Below are positions 18,280 through 27,096 of a stretch of 46,618 nucleotides of DNA, piece by piece; the stretch's first letter is position 1, and every line of letters begins with the position of its first letter. The stretch spans positions 1 through 46,618 of the forward strand of contig JANNXA010000001.1 in NCBI GenBank assembly GCA_031409275.1, read 5' to 3'. Under the pieces are notes generated by a model that saw nothing but the letters and a program-made list of their open reading frames with translations, had not been told where the DNA came from and ran no database searches. This DNA comes from Planctomycetota bacterium. Its GTDB lineage: Bacteria > Planctomycetota > B15-G4 > SIAN01. The position numbers and the translations under genes are program-made.

Positions 18280-18911
18280 GCGCCGGCGAGCCCGACGCCG
18301 CGCTCCCGCCCCACTGCGATCCGCGCCGCTTCGATGAGCTGATCGCCAGCATCTCGCCCGAGTCGCTGCTGGTCGTCATCGAGCGCAGCATGGGGCCGGC
18401 GGTGACGGCGGCGTGCTCGGTGGAGGACATCTGGCAGGAGACGCTCGCGGTCGCATGGCGCGATCGCGAGCAGCATTCGTGGAACGGCCCGCGCGACTAC
18501 CGGTCGTGGCTCATCACGCTGGCGCGCAACCGCGTCCGCGACCTCGCGCGGACGCTCTCCCGTGACAAGCGCGGCGGCGGTGAGCGGCCGGTGCTCTTCT
18601 CGGGACTCGAGTTCGGCGCCGTCTCCGCTCTCGACCAGCTGCTTCCCGCCGGCTCCACCACGCCGAGCCGCGTCGCCGGCGCTCGTGAGCGAGCGCACCT
18701 CATGGCGGAGGCGCTCGCCGCGTTGCCCGAGGAACTCGGCGACGTCGTACGCCTCCACCTCTTCGAAGAGCAGACGATGGAGGCCGCGGCGGCGGCGCTC
18801 GCGATCACGCTCGACCAGGCGTGGTACCGCTTCCGCAAGGGTTCAGCGCTGTATGCCAAGCGCCTCGCCCTGCTGCGCTCCCAGTCGCTGCAGTCGAAGC
18901 CGGGGCCGTGA
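18276..18911 (+). CDS. ECF RNA polymerase sigma factor
   Basis: EDIWQET..AWR, SWLITLARNRVRD (region 2), TPSR linker, ALAALP..region 4; ATGA and GTGA overlaps with neighbours. Confidence 0.88.
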   Translation: MSAGEPDAALPPHCDPRRFDELIASISPESLLVVIERSMGPAVTAACSVEDIWQETLAVAWRDREQHSWNGPRDYRSWLITLARNRVRDLARTLSRDKRGGGERPVLFSGLEFGAVSALDQLLPAGSTTPSRVAGARERAHLMAEALAALPEELGDVVRLHLFEEQTMEAAAAALAITLDQAWYRFRKGSALYAKRLALLRSQSLQSKPGP

Positions 18912-21415
18912 GCGACGTCGCGCCCTCGCCAGCCGGCGACGTGCCGCCGCCCTCGTCCGACGAGGCGTGGCTCGACCGACTGTTCGGCGCGCTGATCGAC
19001 GCGCTCGGCGCCGGCCGCAAGCTCGACCTCGACGCCCTGGTGGCGGAGCGGCCCCACCTGCGGCCGCAGGCGGTCGAGCTGCTCGCGCTCGCGCGCGAGG
19101 TCGCGCTCGCGCGCCCGATGGAGCGACCGCTCATCGCCGGCTACGAGATCGTCGCCGAGCTCGGTCGCGGCGGCATGGGCGCGGTCTTCCTGGCGCTCCA
19201 GCAGCCGCTCGGACGCCGCGTCGCGCTCAAGATCCTGCCGGCGTCCGTCGCCGCCAGCTCGCGGCGCCGCGAACGTTTCCTGCGCGAGGCGCGCGCCGTC
19301 GCCAGCCTCGAACACGAGTCGATCGTGCGCCTCTTCGAGGCGGGCGAGAGCAACGGCATCCCCTACTTCTCGATGGAGTGGATCGAGGGCGAGACGGTCG
19401 CCGCCCGCCTCGCGCAACTGCGCGCGCGCGGCGCGTCGCCGGCCACGCTGACCGGCGCCGACCTCCACCGCGCGGCGGATGAAACCTGGCCGCGCGCCGT
19501 CGCTCAGCTGCTGCTCGACGTGGCCGGCGCGCTCGACCACGCGCACCAGCGCCGGGTGGTCCACCGCGACGTCAAACCCTCGAACGTGCTGCTGCGTCCC
19601 GACGGCCGCGCGCTCCTCTTCGACTTCGGCCTCGCGAGCGTCGAGGCGGAGGCGACGCTCACGGAGAGCGGCGGATTCCTCGGCACTCCGCACTACGCCT
19701 CGCCCGAACAGGCGACCGGCCGCGACGACCTCGACGCCCGCAGCGACCTCTTCTCGCTCGGCGCGATGGCGTACGAGCTGCTCACGCTCACGCCGCCATT
19801 CACCGGTCCGACGCTGCAGGCGATCCTGCAGGCGGTGCGCGAGCGCGAACCGGCGCCGCTGTCCGCCGCGCACCACGTGCCGCGCGACCTCGCGACGATC
19901 GTCTCGACGCTGCTGGCCAAGGAGCCGGCGCGACGCTACGTCTCCGCCGACGCGCTTCGCGACGACCTACGCCGCTACCTCGCCGGCGAGCCGATCGCGG
20001 CGCGACCCGCCGGCCCGCTCGAGCGAGTGCTGCGTTTCATCCGCCGTCGACCCGCCGTCGCCGCCGCCATCACCCTCGCGTTCCTGCTCTTTGGCGGCGG
20101 TCCGACGACGCTCTGGTTGATGCAGCGCGGCGCGACCCGACGCGTCGAGGCGGCACTCCATGTCACGCGGGAGCACGCCGACCTGCTCGCGGGGATCCTC
20201 GAATCGATCGATCCGGGGCTCGACGGCCGCGAGGTGACCGTCTTCGCGCTGCTCACGCGCGCCGCCGATCAGCTCGAGCGGAACTACGTCGACCAGCCCG
20301 AGGTGCGCGCCGCGATGCAGCACACGCTTGCGGCGAGCTTCATCAAGCTCGGCGAACTCGATCGGGCGCGCCCGCTGCTCGAAGCGGCGCTCGCCACCTA
20401 CCGCTCCGCGGCGCAGGGCGGCGAGAGCGACCGCACCATGGGCGTCCGCATCGACCTCGGCGTCCTCGCGCTGCAGTCGGGCCATCCGCAGGAGGCGCTC
20501 GACTCGTTGCGCTCCGTTGAGGAGTGGTTCGTGGAGCGCGACGCTCGGGGCATCCGCGGCTGGATCGACCTGCAGGCGACCATGGCAGCCGCCGAGGCGT
20601 CGCTCGGCCGTCAGGACGACGCGATCGAGCGGCTGACCGCGGCCATCGCGGCAACCGAGGGCTCGCCGCTGGCGCACGACCGAGCGACGCTGACGCTACG
20701 CCACAACCTCGCCATCTCGCTCTACGAGTCGGGTCGCGCCGACGAGGCGATCGAGCGGCTCGAGTCGACCTGGCGCGACCGTGTGGCGGCGCTCGGCGCG
20801 GATGACCACGAGACGCTCGCCTCGCTCGCGCTGCTGCCGCAGCTGCTGGCCGGCGCCGGCCGCACCGACGAGGCGTTCCGGCTCAGCGAGGAGGCGGTCG
20901 TCCGGCTGCGGCGCGTGCTCGGCGACACGAGCATGGTCACGCTGATCGCGCGCCACAACCACGCCGGTCTGCTGGTCGGCCGCGACGATCTCGCGGCGGC
21001 CGAAACGCTCCAGCGCGAGCTCGTCGCGCTGGCTGCCGACCGAATCGCCGCCGACGACGCCTACGCGCTCGACCTGCAGTACCAACTGCTGGTGATCCTG
21101 ACGCGCCGCGACAAGTGGACCGAAGCGGCTGAGAGCGTCGTCGCGCACCACGCGGCGTGGTGCCGAGCGGTTGGACGCGACCATCCCTCGACCCGCATGG
21201 CTCGTCAAATCGCGGCGCTCACTCTGCAGCACGTCGGCCGCGCGAACGACGCGATCGCGCTGCTCGAGGCCGAGCGGAGCGCGGATGGGCGCGACGATCG
21301 GCAGCGCGCGGCCGACGATCCCGAGTGGGCCGAGGACCTCGCGGCACTGCTCACCGGTGCCGGCCGGGAGAGCGAGGCGGAGACGTTGCGCGCGCTGCTG
21401 CCGACGACGAAATGA
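18908..21415 (+). CDS. Membrane Ser/Thr protein kinase with C-terminal TPR-like repeats
   Basis: LGRGGMGAV, VALK, HRDVKPSN, DFG, GTPHYASPE, DLFSLG; TM AVAAAITLAFLLFGGG; repeats such as LGADDHETL and GRDHPST. Confidence 0.93.
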   Translation: MSDVAPSPAGDVPPPSSDEAWLDRLFGALIDALGAGRKLDLDALVAERPHLRPQAVELLALAREVALARPMERPLIAGYEIVAELGRGGMGAVFLALQQPLGRRVALKILPASVAASSRRRERFLREARAVASLEHESIVRLFEAGESNGIPYFSMEWIEGETVAARLAQLRARGASPATLTGADLHRAADETWPRAVAQLLLDVAGALDHAHQRRVVHRDVKPSNVLLRPDGRALLFDFGLASVEAEATLTESGGFLGTPHYASPEQATGRDDLDARSDLFSLGAMAYELLTLTPPFTGPTLQAILQAVREREPAPLSAAHHVPRDLATIVSTLLAKEPARRYVSADALRDDLRRYLAGEPIAARPAGPLERVLRFIRRRPAVAAAITLAFLLFGGGPTTLWLMQRGATRRVEAALHVTREHADLLAGILESIDPGLDGREVTVFALLTRAADQLERNYVDQPEVRAAMQHTLAASFIKLGELDRARPLLEAALATYRSAAQGGESDRTMGVRIDLGVLALQSGHPQEALDSLRSVEEWFVERDARGIRGWIDLQATMAAAEASLGRQDDAIERLTAAIAATEGSPLAHDRATLTLRHNLAISLYESGRADEAIERLESTWRDRVAALGADDHETLASLALLPQLLAGAGRTDEAFRLSEEAVVRLRRVLGDTSMVTLIARHNHAGLLVGRDDLAAAETLQRELVALAADRIAADDAYALDLQYQLLVILTRRDKWTEAAESVVAHHAAWCRAVGRDHPSTRMARQIAALTLQHVGRANDAIALLEAERSADGRDDRQRAADDPEWAEDLAALLTGAGRESEAETLRALLPTTK

Positions 21416-21448
21416 CCGCGCCCCGCGCGGGCGGCGCGAGGCGCGGTC
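21414..21448. terminator. GC-rich hairpin between the convergent kinase and peptide genes
   Basis: GACCGCGCC-c-CGCGC / GCGCG-a-GGCGCGGTC stem (14 bp, 1 mismatch); no clear U-tract. Confidence 0.35.
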
Positions 21449-21493
21449 GTCGTGCACGACGGAGCGGGCCAGCGCGGCCGCGCTCCTCCGCCG

Positions 21494-21613
21494 TCACTTG
21501 CGGCGCGCGCCACCACGCAGCCCGGTGCGGACCACCATCGCCGAGTGGTTGGCGGCGAGCTTGCCACCGCGCACACCGGTGCGGACTTCGAGGGCGTGAT
21601 TCGTCTTCGACAT
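21494..21613 (-). CDS. 39-aa tandem double-glycine peptide precursor MSKTNHALEVRTGVRGGKLAANHSAMVVRTGLRGGARRK
   Basis: Below the ORF-track cutoff; ATG with GGAG 6 nt upstream; GC3-biased codons; internal repeat NH-x3/4-VRTG(V/L)RGG twice; same strand and directly downstream of the C39 exporter. Confidence 0.8.
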   Translation of the reverse strand: MSKTNHALEVRTGVRGGKLAANHSAMVVRTGLRGGARRK

Positions 21614-21722
21614 AGGGTGCTCCGAGTTCGTTTCAGGAGGGCGCTCGCGAGGAACCGCTTGGTGCGATCAGTGACTCACAAGCGCGCCACCCCGAGGAGC
21701 GACAGCGCCTCCACCATCTGGG

Positions 21723-21766
21723 AAAGAAAACTTCGGGAATCTTCGAAGCCCCGGGAGCGCCCGGGG
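21723..21766 (-). terminator. Possible intrinsic terminator after the ABC genes
   Basis: CCCCGGG/CCCGGGG hairpin (21749-66), then a CTTCG/CGAAG hairpin (21731-48) followed by TTTTCTTT on the minus strand. Confidence 0.35.
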
Positions 21767-21782
21767 AAAGAAGCGGCGGCGC

Positions 21783-23333
21783 TCACGCGTGCGCGATCAC
21801 CAACAGCGTCGGCGAGCGGCGGGTGACGACGGCGAGCACGCGGCGCAACGTCGCCGGGTCGAGCGCCGCGAAACTCTCGTCGACCAGCAGCGCCGCGGGC
21901 TGCTGCAGCAGCGCCCGCGCAAGGTGGAGGCGCGACTGCTCCCCGTGGGAGAGCTGCCAACCGCATTCGCCGACCAGCTGACCGAGCCCACCCGGCATCC
22001 GCTCGATCACTTCGGAAAGGCCGAGCTCGGCGAGCAGCTCACCGCACTCGGCGACATCGGCGTCGCTGGGCGGCCACGCTCGGCCCATCAGCGCATTGAA
22101 GAGCAGCGGCGCCTGCAGCAGGTGGTTCTCATGGAACTGCGGCACCAGCGCGATGCGCCGCCGCCACTCGCGATCGCCGAGCGCGGCGCGGTCGACGCCG
22201 TCGACCAGCAGCACCCCGGAGCTCGGCTCGCGCAGTCCCGCCAGCAGGCTCGCGAGCGTCGATTTGCCGCCACCCGACGCACCTTCGAGCAGGACCCGCT
22301 CGCCACGCCGCACGACCAGGTCGACGCCGCTTAAGACCGGCGCCGCACGCCGCGAATGGGAGAAGACGAGGGCGCGCGCTTCGATGACGGCCGGCGCGTC
22401 GTCGCCGGCGGCAGGCCTCCGCGCAGCGACCCGCGCGTCGCCGCTGCGGATCGGCCGGCGCCCGGCCTGCACCAGCGGCTCGATCCGCCTCCAAGCGTCG
22501 AGCGCCGTCACCCCCGCGACGGCGCCACGCGTCGCCGCCTGCAGCGACTGCGCCGCGAAGAGCACCAGCCCGACCGCCACCGCCAGGCGGTCGCCGTCGA
22601 GGCGATGCGCCACGAAGTCGGGGAGCAACGCCGCGAACGCGAGGAGCTGCCAGCCGCGCGCGAGCAGCGCTTCGAGCCCGAGCCGGCGACGCTCCTCGAC
22701 CTGCTGCGCCGCGAGCGCGCCGGTGAGCGCGCGATCCTCCGCTTGATGGCGGCGCTCCGGCGCCTCCTGGACCAATCGCGTGCGCTGGCCCGCCATCCGC
22801 TCGATCAGGAGATCGGTGAGCTCGAGGCGGCGATCCGAAGCGACACGCCGCGCCACCAGCAGCCGTCGAACCTGCAGCGTCGCCAGCGCCGTGCCGACCA
22901 CCCATGCCGCGATGAGCCCGCTCGACCCTGGCAGCGGCAGCGCCGTCGCCAGCACGAGCGCCCACGCGACCACCCCCGACACGAGCGCCGCACCGCCATC
23001 GGCGATCGCCCGCTCGATCCCCTCGATCTCGAGCGTCTGCCCGACGAACGCACCGAGGCCGCGGCCGCGCACCTCTTCGCCGGAGAGTCGAAGCGCGCCG
23101 TGCAGCACGCCGCGACGCAGCCAGCGGCCGGCGGTCAAAGCGAGCACGCCGGCCGAGCGACTCGACTGCGAGTGGAGCAGGAACCAGGCCGCGAACGGGA
23201 TCCCGCTCGCCAGGAGCCAGCTGAGTTCGAGCCGACCTGAAAGAGCTGCGCGACCGAGCCACCACCAGGCGGTGAACCACGCCGCATGCGCCAGCAGTTC
23301 CAGCACTGCCAATCGCGCGAGGCCGGCGATCAC
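21783..23333 (-). CDS. ABC exporter subunit (TMD+NBD) without peptidase domain; non-canonical signature
   Basis: GASGGGKS, LSHGEQSR, LLVDES, terminal IAH; GTGA overlap with the upstream gene. Confidence 0.88.
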   Translation of the reverse strand: MIAGLARLAVLELLAHAAWFTAWWWLGRAALSGRLELSWLLASGIPFAAWFLLHSQSSRSAGVLALTAGRWLRRGVLHGALRLSGEEVRGRGLGAFVGQTLEIEGIERAIADGGAALVSGVVAWALVLATALPLPGSSGLIAAWVVGTALATLQVRRLLVARRVASDRRLELTDLLIERMAGQRTRLVQEAPERRHQAEDRALTGALAAQQVEERRRLGLEALLARGWQLLAFAALLPDFVAHRLDGDRLAVAVGLVLFAAQSLQAATRGAVAGVTALDAWRRIEPLVQAGRRPIRSGDARVAARRPAAGDDAPAVIEARALVFSHSRRAAPVLSGVDLVVRRGERVLLEGASGGGKSTLASLLAGLREPSSGVLLVDGVDRAALGDREWRRRIALVPQFHENHLLQAPLLFNALMGRAWPPSDADVAECGELLAELGLSEVIERMPGGLGQLVGECGWQLSHGEQSRLHLARALLQQPAALLVDESFAALDPATLRRVLAVVTRRSPTLLVIAHA

Positions 23334-25774
23334 GACGGCGTCTCTTCGCGAAGGACACCGCCCTCGATCGAGACGTGCCGGAAGCTGCGGCCGAAGAGCT
23401 CCTCGCGCAACGCCGCTTCGGCCTCCCGCAGCGCACGGAAGCGGCCGCCTTCGCGCTGTTCGAGCTGCGCAGGCGCGCCATCTTCGACGATCCTGCCCTC
23501 GTCGACGACCAGCACGCGCGGGAAGTCGGCCGCCGCCGCGAGATCGTGGCTGACGAAGAGGAGCGTCGCGCCGCGGAAGCGAGCGCGCGCCGTCGCCAGC
23601 AAGCGGCGTCGCTGCTCGCGCCCGACGCCGCGGAACGGCTCGTCGAGCAGCACCAACCGCGGAGACGGCGACGCCAGCGCGCGCCCGAAACGGACCCGCT
23701 GCCCTTCGCCGCCCGAAACGAGGCCGCCGCGCTCGCCAAGGCGCGTCAGCAGTCCGTCGGGCAGGACGCCGAGCAGCGCGTGGAGGTCGGCATCGGCGGC
23801 GAGCTTCGCGGCATCGACCGGACGCGCCGGATCATGGCCGTAGAGGAGATTGTCGAGCAGGCTCTCGTTCCACAGCTCGACGGTCGGATCGACCCACGCC
23901 GTCTCGCGCCGCAGTCGCGCCACGCCGGCGGCATCGAGCGCGACGCCATCCACCGTCACGCGACCGGCGCTTGGCGCATGGAAGCCGAGCAGCAGCGCGA
24001 GCAGGCTCGACTTGCCGGCACCCGACGCGCCGACGATCGCCACCTCCTCGCCGGCCGCGATCGCGAGTTCGAGGTCGCGCAGCAGCGGGTGACCACCGAC
24101 CGCGACGCTCACCGCTTCGAGGCGCAGCTCGACGCCGCGTTCGACCCGATCGGTCGCTGGCTGCGGCGCTGCAGGCGCGGGCGCGGGCGCGACGTCGGCG
24201 TCGGGGCGCTCCGGTGCCGTGAGCGGTTCGAGCAATCGCAGGACGACGCTGCGCAGCGCCGGCAATCTCCGCAGCGCGCGCGCCACCTCGGCACCGGCCG
24301 CGGGCAGCGCGAGCGCCCACCACGCGACCAGCAGCGCCTGGGTCGGCTCGCCGCCGCCGCGAGCGAAGCGGGCCAGAAGGAAACCGGCGCTGAGCAGCCC
24401 GATCGCCAGCGCACTGCGTTCCATCGCCAGCGCGGCTCCGAGCTGGCGCGTCGCCGAGCGGTTCCATTCGCCGAGCAGTCGTTCCTGTTCGCGCTCGAGC
24501 GTCGCCTCGGCGGCGTGCGCGCGGATCGGCGCGAGCCCCTGCAGCGCATCGACGACGAAGCGTCCGAGGACTCCGGCATGCGTCCGTTGCCGCAGGTCGC
24601 GCTCGGCCAGCGCGGGACCGAAGAGGAGCGGGACCAACAACGCCACCGTCGCCGCAATCACGGCCGGCAGCGCGAGCGACGGCTCGAGCCAGGCGAGCGC
24701 ACCGGCCGCGAAGAGCAAGGTCGCCGCGCCGCGCAGCAGCGCCGCCGCGAGCGCCGGCAATTCGCGCAGGAGTGCGAGCGCATGGCCGCGCTCGGCGAGG
24801 TCGGAGAGGGGACGCCCCTGGAACCAACGCATCTCGAGGCGCGCAATCTTGGCGTGGAAGAGCGTTCTCACCCGCGCCTCGAGCGCGCGGCCCGACCGCA
24901 TCACGCCACTCGCGAGCCCCACTTCGAGCAGCAGCAGCGCCGCCAGCAGCGCGAGCAGCAGGCCACCCGCGCCCGCGCGCTGCAGTGGCGAAGAGAGATC
25001 GCGGCCGAGATCGAGCAGGCCATTCAGGACGAAGCCCTCCGCCAGTCCGCCCGCGGCGGCGAGCAGCGTCGCGAGGGCGAGGCAGCTGGTCGCGAGCGGC
25101 GCGTGGGCGAAGGCGAGGCCGGCGAGAGCGCGCCACGGTCGCGGCGGTCGCTCGCCGACGGCGCGCGCGAGCTCGGGCGGCAGCGGTTCGTCGGCGGTCT
25201 CGCGGCGGCCGCGGACCGCGACCAGCACCGCGCCGCGCAGCGCCACGCGCGCGGTGCCATCGCGCGGATCGGGCGGAGCCGGGCGCACTTCGAGGTCGGG
25301 GCGCTCGTCGGGAGCAGCGGCGGCGTGCGCCGCGTCCCACTCGGCCTTCGGCATCGCATGCTCGTGGACGAAGAGGTCCGCGAGGAAGCGATCGCACCGC
25401 AACCAGAGTCGGCCGATGGCCGGGTCCATCACCTGCACGTAGGCGCCGACGCGCCGCCACGCGACCACGAAGTGGAGCAGCCCGCCTTCGAGCCTCACGA
25501 CGACGATCGCCGGCAGCAGGTCCGACGCCTTCTCGAGGAGCTGGTCGGGACGCGCCATCATCTGCACGGCGTCGAGTCCGACGCGGCGCGCGAGATCCTC
25601 GAGCGAGTCGATCGAGGTGCCGTCGACTTCCGTTCGGCACGCCTCACGCAGGCGCGCGTAGCCGAGCTCGATTCCGCAGCCCGCGGCCAGCGCCTGCAGC
25701 GCGGCCGGCCCGCAGTCCATCGCCGAGGATTGCACGACTTCCGGGCAAAGGAAGCGCCGGCGCACGTCGCTCAT
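23330..25774 (-). CDS. Peptidase C39-containing ABC transporter (PCAT)
   Basis: QSSAMDCG, LHFVV and VMDPA provide the Q/C/H/D catalytic set; TMD; GASGAGKS, VSGGEGQR, LLDEPF, VSHD. ATG 25774 overlaps the HlyD stop. Confidence 0.93.
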   Translation of the reverse strand: MSDVRRRFLCPEVVQSSAMDCGPAALQALAAGCGIELGYARLREACRTEVDGTSIDSLEDLARRVGLDAVQMMARPDQLLEKASDLLPAIVVVRLEGGLLHFVVAWRRVGAYVQVMDPAIGRLWLRCDRFLADLFVHEHAMPKAEWDAAHAAAAPDERPDLEVRPAPPDPRDGTARVALRGAVLVAVRGRRETADEPLPPELARAVGERPPRPWRALAGLAFAHAPLATSCLALATLLAAAGGLAEGFVLNGLLDLGRDLSSPLQRAGAGGLLLALLAALLLLEVGLASGVMRSGRALEARVRTLFHAKIARLEMRWFQGRPLSDLAERGHALALLRELPALAAALLRGAATLLFAAGALAWLEPSLALPAVIAATVALLVPLLFGPALAERDLRQRTHAGVLGRFVVDALQGLAPIRAHAAEATLEREQERLLGEWNRSATRQLGAALAMERSALAIGLLSAGFLLARFARGGGEPTQALLVAWWALALPAAGAEVARALRRLPALRSVVLRLLEPLTAPERPDADVAPAPAPAAPQPATDRVERGVELRLEAVSVAVGGHPLLRDLELAIAAGEEVAIVGASGAGKSSLLALLLGFHAPSAGRVTVDGVALDAAGVARLRRETAWVDPTVELWNESLLDNLLYGHDPARPVDAAKLAADADLHALLGVLPDGLLTRLGERGGLVSGGEGQRVRFGRALASPSPRLVLLDEPFRGVGREQRRRLLATARARFRGATLLFVSHDLAAAADFPRVLVVDEGRIVEDGAPAQLEQREGGRFRALREAEAALREELFGRSFRHVSIEGGVLREETPS

Positions 25775-26934
25775 CGCGCGGGCTCGAGCAGACGACCGAC
25801 CGAGCGCAGCAGCAGGTCGAGCGGAGCGACCTCCTCGACGTCGATCTCGAGATCGCAGCGGGCGCCGTGCTCGAGCGGGATCGCCGAGCTCTCGTCGCGG
25901 TCGAGATCGAGCAGCGCCGTCAGCGTGCCGTCGCGACTCGCGTTGCCGAGCGCCGCGATCGTCGCGCCACGGAAGCCGAAGCGCGTCCACGGGAAGCGCT
26001 CGAATTCGAGGCGGGCGTGCTGGCCGACGCGCATGCGGCCGGCGAGCCGCGCGTCCACTTCGGCGACGACGTGCGGAGTGCCGCGCGGGACGATCACGAG
26101 CAGCTCCGCCCCCTCGGCGACGACCGACCCGACGCGTCGATCGGAGAGGCGGGCGATGCGACCGGCGATCGGCGCACGGATGAGGTGCCGTTCGAGATCG
26201 CGTTCGCGCTGGCGGATCTCGGCAGCGACCGCCTGCGCGTCGCCGGCGAGCTTGACGGCCGCGGCCTCGAGCGTCGCCACACGCGCGAGGCGGTCGCGCC
26301 GCTCGACCTCGACTTCGGGGGCGATGCGCTCGGTGGCGAGGTCAAGCGCGCGAGCGCGGGCGGCGGCCATCGCCGCGTGGCCGCGCGCGGCGCGCGCCTC
26401 GTCGCGCGTGAGGGTGCCATCGGCCGCGAGTTCCTCCCGCGTCACCGCGGCCAGTTCGAGCTGCGCCGCTTCGATGTGCGCCGCCTCGGCTTGCTGGCGC
26501 GCCTCGGCCTCGCGCGCCGACTGCGCGGCGGGCAGCGCGTCGGCGGCAGCCCGCTCGGCAGCGATCTCTCGCGCCGCGGCCACCTGGCGCGCGGCGAGGT
26601 CGGTGGCATGCGCCGTGCCCACGGCCAACGCGAGCCGAGCCGACTCGTCGTCGAGGACGACCACCACGTCGCCGACGGCGACCTCTTCACCCAGCGCCAC
26701 GTCGACCCGCGTCACTCGCCCGTCGATCGGCGCGTCGACCGGATGATCGGCGCGGTCGACCTCGATCCGCGCTCCGGCGACCCGCTCGCGCAACATCACG
26801 CGCGCTTGCACCATCCACGCCGCGACCAGCAGGAGCAACGTCGCGCCGCCCAGCAGAAGGAGCGCCCCCGGTCGCCCCCGGTCGCGCTTCAGCCACGAGT
26901 CGGTCGCAGGGAAAGAGGGATCGGCCGGTTCCAT
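25771..26934 (-). CDS. HlyD-family secretion adaptor
   Basis: N-terminal TM, VDAPIDGRV..LGEEVAVGDVVVVLD, coiled coil, IRAPIAGRI, FPWTRFG. Confidence 0.9.
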   Translation of the reverse strand: MEPADPSFPATDSWLKRDRGRPGALLLLGGATLLLLVAAWMVQARVMLRERVAGARIEVDRADHPVDAPIDGRVTRVDVALGEEVAVGDVVVVLDDESARLALAVGTAHATDLAARQVAAAREIAAERAAADALPAAQSAREAEARQQAEAAHIEAAQLELAAVTREELAADGTLTRDEARAARGHAAMAAARARALDLATERIAPEVEVERRDRLARVATLEAAAVKLAGDAQAVAAEIRQRERDLERHLIRAPIAGRIARLSDRRVGSVVAEGAELLVIVPRGTPHVVAEVDARLAGRMRVGQHARLEFERFPWTRFGFRGATIAALGNASRDGTLTALLDLDRDESSAIPLEHGARCDLEIDVEEVAPLDLLLRSVGRLLEPAR

Positions 26935-27096
26935 ACGCTTGGAAGCGCCGTCGGAGCGCGACGGTGGGCAACGATTCGGACCGCCCGCAGGCGGCGACGG
27001 CGAATGGCCCATTTCCATGAGGCGATGGCGCTCCTAGCCCGCGGATGCAGCGACGACCGTCCCCCATCGTAAAGACGGTCACCCGAAGGAGCCGCC

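Noticed and set aside
21494..27000. Lanthipeptide, TOMM or other modified RiPP cluster
   Set aside because: No LanM/LanBC, YcaO, radical SAM or other maturase nearby; the precursor has no Cys.
23375..27072. 1123-aa and 766-aa plus-strand ORFs
   Set aside because: Antisense shadows of the PCAT and HlyD genes; Arg/Ala-rich with no motifs.
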